64,000 nucleotides of DNA from an uncultured candidatus Porisulfidus sp. (GTDB lineage: Bacteria; Pseudomonadota; Gammaproteobacteria; Poriferisulfidales; Oxydemutatoraceae): the NCBI GenBank assembly GCA_965200865.1, contig CBDAVG010000002.1:1903337-1967336 (forward strand), written 5' to 3'. Position numbers and translations under genes: made by a program. Positions 51,855 through 60,095 of the stretch are shown here, in pieces (position 1 is the first letter of the stretch; each line of letters begins with the position of its first letter). A model generated the notes under the pieces. The model was given only the letters and a program-made list of their open reading frames with translations, did no database searches and had not been told where the DNA came from.

Positions 51855-52982
51855 TTAGTCAGCTAGCTCAGCTGCCGCTGCGGCATGCAACGCTTCCCAG
51901 ATAAAGCCCAACAGCTCTCTGGCACACGCCACCTTAATCTTGTTGAAGTGTTTGTTGGCATGAAACATTTGATGATACTTCTTATACAGACGTCTCATGC
52001 AACGGTCGCCAATGTCTATAGCAACCAGGTCTTGGTCTGCGCGTCGACCCCGCAACGCTTTGTTAACCGTGCAACGGCTACCCGCCAACTGGCACGCTTC
52101 TACTGCCGCAGTGCGGATATATTTGTTGCCCATATTAGTAATACCTCCTTTGCGACTTTTGCCACCCGAACTATACTCGCAAACGCTCAAGCCGGCATAG
52201 CTCATGAGCTTGCGCGGATGAGCAAAGCGATGGATGTCGCCTATCTCAACGATGAACGTCATCGCCGTCAACTCAGCAATCCCTCGGATACAACATAAAT
52301 AGCCGACTGCCTGGCGATATCGCTTGGACATCGCTAACTGATGGATATCGTTATCGTATTGTTTGACAACTCCTTGGTGCGTTGCCAGTAGATAGAGCTT
52401 ATACTCTAAATCTTTGCGGAAATGTAGATTGAACCTTTCATCTTTAAGCAAGCCACTTAAGAACGCCAGGTGTCCTTTCGTCCAATAACTCTTGCACTGC
52501 GTGCTGCTACGATAATCAATCCCTTGGCAACGGCATGCCGACAAAATCTGCTGCTTGCAGATCTTGCACGCATCCACCGCTTGGTTGCGTCCACGAATGA
52601 GTAGACGATGCCCCTCGCTCTCCTCATCAATCGCACGGACGATTTTTAACAGACCTTGCTTATAGTATCTGGCCAGCTTCTCGCTATCTAAGCGATCGGT
52701 CTTGATGCGATCTGAGGCACACACTGGGATCTGCGATGGTGCGATCAGATCGCAGTGAATGCCGACCTTGTCAAATTGTCTCTTTAGCGAAAAACCTAAA
52801 TAGCTCGCCTCATAACAGACCTTGATAAACTCTTTCGGCAATGCAGTCTTGATGATTGCCTTATGCAATGCCTTAAAGTTTGGGGCGGTTTTAATGGTAT
52901 GATAATGATTGTGTTTGTTAATGAAGGTGGCGGTGAAACGATTATCGTCAACATCAACGCCAACATAAAGTATACTAGTCAT
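51855..52982 (-). CDS. IS110-family DEDD recombinase
   Basis: YVGVDV, CYEA, KTDRLD, YAGL...EYSSG, GNKYIRT, VACAREL. Confidence 0.93.
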   Translation of the reverse strand: MTSILYVGVDVDDNRFTATFINKHNHYHTIKTAPNFKALHKAIIKTALPKEFIKVCYEASYLGFSLKRQFDKVGIHCDLIAPSQIPVCASDRIKTDRLDSEKLARYYKQGLLKIVRAIDEESEGHRLLIRGRNQAVDACKICKQQILSACRCQGIDYRSSTQCKSYWTKGHLAFLSGLLKDERFNLHFRKDLEYKLYLLATHQGVVKQYDNDIHQLAMSKRYRQAVGYLCCIRGIAELTAMTFIVEIGDIHRFAHPRKLMSYAGLSVCEYSSGGKSRKGGITNMGNKYIRTAAVEACQLAGSRCTVNKALRGRRADQDLVAIDIGDRCMRRLYKKYHQMFHANKHFNKIKVACARELLGFIWEALHAAAAAELAD

Positions 52983-53158
52983 GGATGACCTCCTTTGTTT
53001 AGTAATTTATCGGACCCCTCCAAAGAGGGGATTAAAGTGAAAGTTTAACTGACTTTCGGCAGAGTTGGTCATCCATATTATCTAAAGTACCGTTCGGCAC
53101 TACTGCAACCGCTTGCGCCACATAATTACGCGAAACACCGTAGGGGAGGGCTAGCATG

Positions 53159-54534
53159 ATGCCTTATTTAAAATCAAGTCATTTTACTCATTTTTAATCT
53201 CCTTTTCTGAATATCTATTTAGGCCGCAGCCGGACACTCATGACGCGGGTCAAACGGCTTATTGTGCTTGAGTACTCCATGAATAATACGGGCGAGCTTA
53301 TGTGCACAAGCGACAATGATTTCCTTTTTGCTTAACTCCGGGCGTCGGCGTTGCAAGCGGTTGGCAAAGTCGCGGATAATGGGGTTATGAAGCCGTGCCG
53401 AGAGTGCCGCCATAAACAAAGCGGTGCGTAGGCAGCGTTTGCCAATTTTAGAGATATGAGCCCGTGCTTCGCAGTTGCCGGATTGTCTGCGCATTGGTGC
53501 GATGCCGATAAAAGCAGCGAGTTGCTTGGGATGCTCAAACGTATTATCATCTAATACTGCACACAGGGTGGCTGCGATTTGCATACCGATACCGGGTATC
53601 GAACACAATAATTTGCAGGTCTGTGCAAGTTGTTCGTTTTCGGCAATAAGCCTTTCGATTGAAGCATCAATCTGATCGATGCGTTGCTCAAGGTGTCTCA
53701 AGTCTGCAGCCGCACTGCGCTTTTGTCCAGCGGTGCGCAAAGTCTTTTCACTATTCCTTAACATCGTCTTCGCTAATGTCAGTTTGTGTCTGCGTTTGAG
53801 AGCATCCTTCAAGGTCTGGATAGCCTGTGACGAACTGGTCCACCGATAATTAGGGTTTGACACTGCGAAGCGTGCAATTAAGCGCGCATCATCGCCATCA
53901 GTTTTATTACGCATATTAAGACTTTTGCGAAAATAGGCAACTTGAGCCGGGGGTGCCACCTGTATCGGATGTTTAGCCCGGGAAGCTCGCTCGCAAAGGT
54001 TTGTCTCCAAGCCACCAGTGGCTTCAACGCAGATCGGGCAGCACTTTGCGCCCTGTTTAGCAAGCCAAGCTAACAGCTGTTTAATACCTTTGATATTATT
54101 TCTAAATTGTGCTTCCGAGAAACTCTCGTCAACGAATAATAATGCCACCTCTAAAGTGTCTTTAGAGACATCAATGCCGATTGCGGCAGGTTGTTTGTGT
54201 TTCACCATAATTTCCTCCATAATAGTTATTGAATGAATGAATTACTAGGTATCAAGCAGTGTTTAGGAAAGTATGACTACGCCGCCCAAACAGGTAAATA
54301 CGAGATCTAAAGTCCCAAGCTGCCTTACGAGCTCTATAGTCATAACGCCGGAGGAGTGCTTATCATGTTAACAGGCTTTAATGCCTAATCCTCTCTTGAG
54401 CGTGTCTCCTCCGACTTCCTAGGCACTGCATCTACCTAAGCGTTTATCTTATATCAAATAAGCCATAGTTAAATATACCTGCATCTACCTAAGCGTTTAT
54501 CTTATATCAAATAAGCCATAGTTAAATATACCTG
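53159..54534 (-). mobile_element. IS110-type element inserted in a REP-like hairpin
   Basis: Splits GGGAGGGCTAGCA-TG-CCCTCCC with a TG core at 53157-53158 and 54533-54534; about 300 bp of non-coding sequence upstream of the recombinase. Confidence 0.82.
53219..54220 (-). CDS. IS110-family DEDD recombinase
   Basis: IGIDVSK, VEATG, KTDGDDA, SIPGIG, RRQSG, ACAHKL. Confidence 0.93.
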   Translation of the reverse strand: MEEIMVKHKQPAAIGIDVSKDTLEVALLFVDESFSEAQFRNNIKGIKQLLAWLAKQGAKCCPICVEATGGLETNLCERASRAKHPIQVAPPAQVAYFRKSLNMRNKTDGDDARLIARFAVSNPNYRWTSSSQAIQTLKDALKRRHKLTLAKTMLRNSEKTLRTAGQKRSAAADLRHLEQRIDQIDASIERLIAENEQLAQTCKLLCSIPGIGMQIAATLCAVLDDNTFEHPKQLAAFIGIAPMRRQSGNCEARAHISKIGKRCLRTALFMAALSARLHNPIIRDFANRLQRRRPELSKKEIIVACAHKLARIIHGVLKHNKPFDPRHECPAAA

Positions 54535-54535
54535 C
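54426..54535. repeat. Perfect 53-bp tandem duplication at the IS110 end
   Basis: CTGCATCTACCTAAGCGTTTATCTTATATCAAATAAGCCATAGTTAAATATAC at 54426 and 54479. Confidence 0.92.
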
Positions 54536-54791
54536 CCTCCCTAAAGTACCGTTCTGTATCACTACAACCGCTTGCGCCATTTGGTTTTGGTTCCCATGAA
54601 TTGGATGGCGTACGATTTTATTTTTGCAGGCGCAACCCGTTCTGCAAAATGTTACGCTGTTCGTGCTACTGCAACAAACGGCGGGTATTGCATTTTGCAA
54701 TGCATGCGTTTAGCAATCATGTTGAGGTTCTACAGAACGTCACGCCGATTGACCTGTTGGTTCAAGCGGCGATTCTTTTTTCAACAGCCCC

Positions 54792-54995
54792 AACATCGGA
54801 GCCTCGTTTGAGACCTTCCGATGAGCCTAATGCAATCGTGCGAACCACGCCGTCGCCCAATTGCTGCTGCACTTCCAATGTTAAATCGCTCTCACCTTCA
54901 ACATTCAATGCGTCGTATATTTGCGGTATCTGCTCACGCGGAAACTCCACGTCAACTACCGCGCCTACGATTTGTACGATTTGTCCAGAATCCAT
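54792..54995 (-). pseudogene. atpD: ATP synthase beta subunit, N-terminal fragment, copy 1
   Basis: [15 protein letters not shown]...[23 protein letters not shown]; truncated at GSDV by a MITE end. Confidence 0.92.
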
Positions 54996-55022
54996 TTTCT
55001 CCTCCGACAGTATTTCTATAGG

Positions 55023-55340
55023 TTAAATTGCTGCAGCGCCGCCGACAATCTCGGACAACTCCTGCGTAATCGCTGCCTGACGCGCTTTGTTATACGCCAG
55101 TTGCAGCTCGTCAATTAGTGATCCGGCGTTCTCGGATGCGCTCTTCATCGCCACCATGCGCGCCGCCATCTCGCAGGCGACATTCTCCACCACCGCCTGA
55201 TAAACTTGTGATTCGATATAACGCTTGAGTACAAAATCAAGCACAGTGTGCGAACCCGGCTCATAAATATAATCCCAATAATACTTCATACTCTCGTCCT
55301 CTATCGGCAGTACTGGCAAAAGCTGTAACGCCTGCGGCTT
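55023..55340 (-). pseudogene. atpG: ATP synthase gamma subunit, C-terminal fragment, copy 1
   Basis: QLLP...WDYIYEP...[13 protein letters not shown]...[22 protein letters not shown]. Confidence 0.92.
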
Positions 55341-55572
55341 TGCCGCCGATCGTTCGCAGTCGGTTTGATCTAGCTATAACTACTTTGAGTAATTGACAGC
55401 CTCGTAAATTGAAAATCAAAGATGGTTTTATTAAACTGCCAAATTATGACAACGGCAACATCGTCGTATAAAAAATTGTGTCATGATTATCATGTCAAGT
55501 TATACTAAAAAAAGTTTTGACTGCATGAAAAGTTAAGCCAAAGCATGGAATACGACTGTAGGATCTGTCAAG

Positions 55573-56487
55573 TTGAATAATATCCTTAAATTTGTTTGTA
55601 ATTTTTATAGTATAAGAAAGTTTTTTGCTATTTTAATAGTACTTCTTGTCTTATCGGTATTCATTAATTCTTTTATCTTTTTTGCGATAGGAGCCTTCAT
55701 AGCCACGGTATTGTATATAGTCTGTAAGTTTGCTGATGCTAATGCTTACTATAAAAAAGGCCTTTCTCAATTTGTAATGAAAGATCACAGGAAGGCGGTT
55801 GAATTAAATTCAGAGTCTGCTGAAGCCTACCATAGTAGAGGTTTTACTAAATTTGAAATGAAAGATTATAAAGGGGCGATTGCAGATTATGACAAGGCGA
55901 TTGAACTAGATCCAAATCATCCTGCTAATTACTGTATTAGAGGTGTTGCTAAAAGTGAAATAGGAGACCAAAAGGGAGCAATTGCAGACTACGACAAAGC
56001 GATTGAACTAGACTCGAATTGTACCGATGCTTACTGTGCTAGAGGTGCTACTAAAAGCGAAATGAGAGACTATAAGGGGGCGGTTGCAGACTATGACAAA
56101 GCGATCAAACTAGACCCGGATGATGTTGCTGCTTACGGTAGTAGAGGTGCTGCTAAAAGTGAAATAAGAGACTACAAGGGAGCGATTGCAGACTACGACA
56201 GAGCGATTGAATTAAACCCGAATTATGCTGCTACTTACGGTAGTAGAGGTGCTACTAAAAGCGAAATAGGCGACTATAAGGGAGCGATTGCAGACTACGA
56301 CATAGCGATTGAATTAGACCCGAATTATGCTGCTGCTTACGGTAGTAGAGGCATTGCTAAATGCGAGATAGGGGACTACAAGGAGGCAATTTCAGACTTG
56401 GACAAAATAATTGAACTTGACTCCCAAAATGCAGATCGTTATAGAAAATTAATGGAGGATACTGAAAAGAAACTTAATCATCTTTAA
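55573..56487 (+). CDS. Membrane-anchored TPR protein
   Basis: N-terminal hydrophobic hairpin, then about six TPRs. Confidence 0.92.
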   Translation: MNNILKFVCNFYSIRKFFAILIVLLVLSVFINSFIFFAIGAFIATVLYIVCKFADANAYYKKGLSQFVMKDHRKAVELNSESAEAYHSRGFTKFEMKDYKGAIADYDKAIELDPNHPANYCIRGVAKSEIGDQKGAIADYDKAIELDSNCTDAYCARGATKSEMRDYKGAVADYDKAIKLDPDDVAAYGSRGAAKSEIRDYKGAIADYDRAIELNPNYAATYGSRGATKSEIGDYKGAIADYDIAIELDPNYAAAYGSRGIAKCEIGDYKEAISDLDKIIELDSQNADRYRKLMEDTEKKLNHL

Positions 56488-56572
56488 TTCAAACTTACAC
56501 AATTTAGACTACAGGCTCCGTAAATCTGATGGCGCAGTGCGGTTGGGATTGTATCTTAGCTTTGATTCCCAA

Positions 56573-56803
56573 TTACTTCAAAAGTACTGCGAGGAGAATC
56601 GCCACCCCGGCACCAATAATCCACAGGATAGTACGGTTATGCAAACGATACATCTCACCCATAAGCCTTGTTTCTAGTTCTGCCAAATCTACTTTAGTTG
56701 CTACCTCTTTTGAAGCTGCAATAATGGCTACGGCTTCATTCGCCTCAGCATCGGATAATTCAGGGATTTTTTTTAATGCATTGTATAGGGCTATACCAGT
56801 CAT
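56573..56803 (-). CDS. Small DUF1640/CCDC90-like coiled-coil protein with TM tail
   Basis: LYNALK...SDAEA...VATKVDLAELETRL...ILWIIG. Confidence 0.72.
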   Translation of the reverse strand: MTGIALYNALKKIPELSDAEANEAVAIIAASKEVATKVDLAELETRLMGEMYRLHNRTILWIIGAGVAILLAVLLK

Positions 56804-56911
56804 ATCTTAATATCATTATGCTGCTTGAAAGCCATATTGTACATAAAGTGGAAGTGTGATTGGTTCGCCTAGATATTTTATGTTCGCAAACATTCTCTGG
56901 TACTTTCCCTA

Positions 56912-56977
56912 GAAAGCAAAAGCCACCGCCGAAGCAGTGGCTCTGCGCCCGCCAAACCGAAGTCGGGCAGGGAAATT
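56912..56977 (-). ncRNA. Putative two-hairpin small RNA, copy 3
   Basis: TTGATT(57011-57006)-16 nt-TATAAT(56989-56984), two UUCG hairpins, T run. Confidence 0.68.
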
Positions 56978-57065
56978 ACTTACATTATATGTGTGACAAA
57001 AGAAAAATCAATAGTCCTTAGCATATACTGTCAAAATAGTAATGCTGCCATCTTAAATCCCGATA

Positions 57066-57698
57066 CTAACGCCATTCTTTAGGATAAGAAAATTCGCCCT
57101 GATTATCTTTAAGTTTGCGAGGAAATTGAGCAATTTTAAGTTGTTCATCGGATATTTTCCTCTTGAAAAAAGAGTATCGCTTTAACTCTGCTACAAAAAA
57201 ATCGGCAGGTGTAATAAGACCAACAGGTAATTTCAAAGTCGTTTTTATATATTTCAAAGGTTCGGCAAGATCCGAGTCGTTTGACAGAAGAATAGGAACA
57301 TCGCATTCGTTCTGAAAACAATCTATCAACATAAAAGTTGCGATGTTAACATCCGAACCTTTCTCTTCAAATTTAGAAATTTTCACTATCTGTTCGTGTA
57401 AAGGGTTACCTTCTGCTAAAAGTTTTCCCTTGACGTTTTGTTTCTTAAACAATCCAAAATGGATTTCTATTTCTGGAATTGTTCGTAAGGCTCTTAGATA
57501 GACATCCTGTCTTTGTCTTACACCAGGGTTACTATCGTTGGGAATCACCTTTGCTGTAAAATACCGTATTTTTGAAATTTTGCAGTCTTCAAAACTGAAA
57601 GACTCAATCAGTGCCTTCAAATCTAGCCACTTATATTTTGTCTTTTTTAGACGGTAATAAAGATTGAAACCATCTACATAGATAATATAATTTTTCAA
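57066..57698 (-). CDS. NYN-domain (LabA/DUF88, PIN-like) putative ribonuclease
   Basis: YVDGFNLYY, IRYFTA, RQDVYLRAL, EEKGSDVNIA, LSNDSDL acidic motifs; TTG start with AAGGTAGG RBS. Confidence 0.9.
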   Translation of the reverse strand: MKNYIIYVDGFNLYYRLKKTKYKWLDLKALIESFSFEDCKISKIRYFTAKVIPNDSNPGVRQRQDVYLRALRTIPEIEIHFGLFKKQNVKGKLLAEGNPLHEQIVKISKFEEKGSDVNIATFMLIDCFQNECDVPILLSNDSDLAEPLKYIKTTLKLPVGLITPADFFVAELKRYSFFKRKISDEQLKIAQFPRKLKDNQGEFSYPKEWR

Positions 57699-57713
57699 AT
57701 TAGACCTACCTTA

Positions 57714-57778
57714 GAAAGCAAAAGCCACCGCCGAAGCGGTGGCCTGCACCCGCCAAACCGAAGTCGGGCAGGGAAATT
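57714..57778 (-). ncRNA. Putative two-hairpin small RNA, copy 4, directly upstream of the NYN gene
   Basis: CCCTGCCCGAC-TTCG-GTTTGGCGGG, then GCCACCGC-TTCG-GCGGTGGC-TTTTGCTTT, ending about 15 nt before the start codon. Confidence 0.7.
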
Positions 57779-57784
57779 ACTTAT

Positions 57785-57812
57785 ATTATATGTGCGGTTA
57801 GAGAGAAATCAA
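57785..57812 (-). promoter_or_regulatory. Sigma70-type promoter of the sRNA-NYN unit
   Basis: TTGATT-16 nt-TATAAT; boxes and spacing conserved in all four copies while the spacer sequence varies. Confidence 0.75.
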
Positions 57813-57846
57813 GAAGCGAGGCAATGTCAACCCAGAGTGCAAATGT

Positions 57847-58191
57847 GGAACTGCTGAAAAAATACTGTCATCGCACAAATTCAATCGCTTGCGTCATATA
57901 ATTACGCGAAACACCGTAGGAGAGGGCTAGCATTCCCCCCCTAAAGTACCGTTCTGTATCACTACAACCGCTTGCGCCATTTGGTTTTGGTTCCCATGAA
58001 TTGGATAGCGTACGATTTTATTTTTGCAGGCGCAACCCGTTCTGCAAAATGTTACGCCGTTTGTGCTACTGCAACAAACGGCGGGTATTGCATTTTGCAA
58101 TGCATGCGTTTAGCAATCATGTTGAGGTTCTACAGAACGTCACGCCGATTGACCTACTGGTTCAATCGGCGATTCTTTTTTCAACAGCCCC
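57847..58191. mobile_element. MITE; counterpart of the IS110-occupied copy, without the insertion
   Basis: GGAACTGCTGAAAAAATA ... TTTTTCAACAGCCCC; 57941-58190 differs from 54541-54790 at about 6 positions. Confidence 0.85.
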
Positions 58192-58395
58192 AACATCGGA
58201 GCCTCGTTTGAGACCTTCCGATGAACCCAATGCAATCGTGCGAACCACGCCGTCGCCTAATTGCTGTTGTACTTCCAATGTTAAATCGCTCTCACCTTCA
58301 ACATTCAATGCGTCGTATATTTGCGGTATATGCTCACACGGAAACTCCACGTCAACCACCGCACCTACGATTTGTACGATTTGCCCAGAACTCAT
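58192..58395 (-). pseudogene. atpD: ATP synthase beta subunit, N-terminal fragment, copy 2
   Basis: Same breakpoint as copy 1, offset by exactly 3400 bp. Confidence 0.92.
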
Positions 58396-58422
58396 GTTTT
58401 CCTCCGACAGTATTTCTATAGG

Positions 58423-58746
58423 TTAAATTGCTGCAGCGCCTCCGACAATCTCGGAAAGCTCTTGCGTAATCGCTGCCTGACGCGCCTTGTTATACGCCAG
58501 TTGCAGCTCGTCAATCAGTGAACCGGCGTTCTCGGATGCGCTTTTCATTGCAACCATTCGCGCCGCCATCTCGCAGGCGACATTCTCCACCACCGCCTGA
58601 TACACTTGTGATTCGATATAACGCTTGAGTACAAAATCAAGCACATTGTGCGAATCCGGTTCATAAATATAACCCCAATAATGCTTCATGCTCTCGTCCT
58701 CTATTGGTGGCACTGGCAAAAGCTGCAACGCTTGCGGCTTTGCCAC
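58423..58746 (-). pseudogene. atpG: ATP synthase gamma subunit, C-terminal fragment, copy 2
   Basis: Same extent as copy 1. Confidence 0.92.
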
Positions 58747-58846
58747 CGATCGTTCGCGATTGGTTTGAACTAGCTATACCATTTTTTTAGATTATTATTG
58801 CTATACTATTGCGGTTATTCAACCTAAATACGTGGAAAGCTAAACA

Positions 58847-60045
58847 ATGATAAAGAAAATAACGATACTTAAAATAGTGGTAGTTGCCATGATATGGGGG
58901 GGATTTGTTGTCCAAACAGTATCAGGCAATCAAGAGATTATCCATGAGGATAGTGCGGATGTAGTGAGAGACTACCAGAAAGCGGCAGAACAAGGAGATG
59001 TGAATGCTCAATCCATACTTGGAGCAATGTATTACGAAGGCAAGGGCGTGCAAAAAAACTATGCAAAAGCATTTGAATGGTTTGAAAAAGCAGCCAAGCA
59101 AGGAGATGCAGATGCTCAAAACATCCTTGGATTGAGGTATTACAATGGCGAGGGGGTACCAAAAGATTACACAAAAGCGTTTGAATGGTTTGAAAAGCAG
59201 TCAAGCAAGGACATGCAGATGCTCAAAACAACTTAGGGGTGATGTATGAGAGTGGCAATGGTGTGCCGAAAGATTATAAGAAAGCAGCTGAATGGTACCA
59301 AAAAGCAGCTGAGCAAGGACACGCAAATGCTCAATACAACTTAGGGGTAATGTATGCCAATGGCGAGAGTGTGCCAAAGGACTATACAAGGGCAATTGCC
59401 TGGTATCAAAAAGCAGCCGAGCAAGGATTTGCAAAAGCTCAACACAACTTAGGGGTAATGTATGCCAATGGCGAGGGTGTGCCAAAAGACTATGCAAAAG
59501 CAATTGCCTGGTACCAAAAAGCAGCCGAGCAAGGATTCGCAGATGCTCAATATAACTTAGGGGTGATGTATGTCAATGGCGAAGGTATGCTAAAAGATTA
59601 CACGAAAGCGTTTGAATGGTTTGAAAGAGCGGCGGCACAAGGATTTGCAGATGCGCAATATAACTTGGGGGTGATGCATGCCAATGGCGACGGTATGCCA
59701 AAAGACTATACAAAGGCAATTGCATGGTACCAAAAAGCAGCCGAGCAAGGATTTGCAAAAGCTCAACACAACTTAGGGGTGATATATTACAACGGCCAAG
59801 GCGTGCCAAAAGACCATACAAAAGCAGTTAGTTTGTTGGAAAAAGCGGCCGAGCAAGGATTTGCAAATGCTCAGGATGCTCTTAACAAAATTAAACAGTC
59901 AACAGTCTCTTTCTCTGATATGCTAGATAAAAGTTTGTCAGCAGGAGTTGTGGGCGCGTTTGTAGGTGGCACTGCGGTTCTTCTCTTCATTATAATTAGA
60001 TTGTTTTATAATTTCTTTGTTTTTAAGATTAAAGATAAAGTTTAA
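58847..60045 (+). pseudogene. Sel1-repeat protein (signal peptide, about 8 repeats, C-terminal TM) split by a 1-nt frameshift
   Basis: AQYNLGVMY.NG.GVPKDY.KA..WYQKAAEQG repeats; A4 at 59193-59196 where the preceding repeat has A5 (59085-59089). Confidence 0.82.
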
Positions 60046-60095
60046 AGAAGTAGAGGCTATAACCTAAATGAAATACGACTATAGGATCTATTAAA

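Larger units (their letters stand above)
51334..53083 (-). mobile_element. IS1111-type element (IS110 superfamily) inserted at the foot of a REP-like hairpin
   Basis: 16-bp subterminal IRs ATATGGATGACCAACT (51335-51350, 53063-53078); CT core at 51332-51333 and 53082-53083; about 520 bp of non-coding sequence 3' of the recombinase. Confidence 0.9.

Noticed and set aside
55340-55378. An out-of-frame TIGGKA upstream of the atpG fragments as a remnant of the middle of atpG
   Set aside because: The match is too short to support without an alignment.
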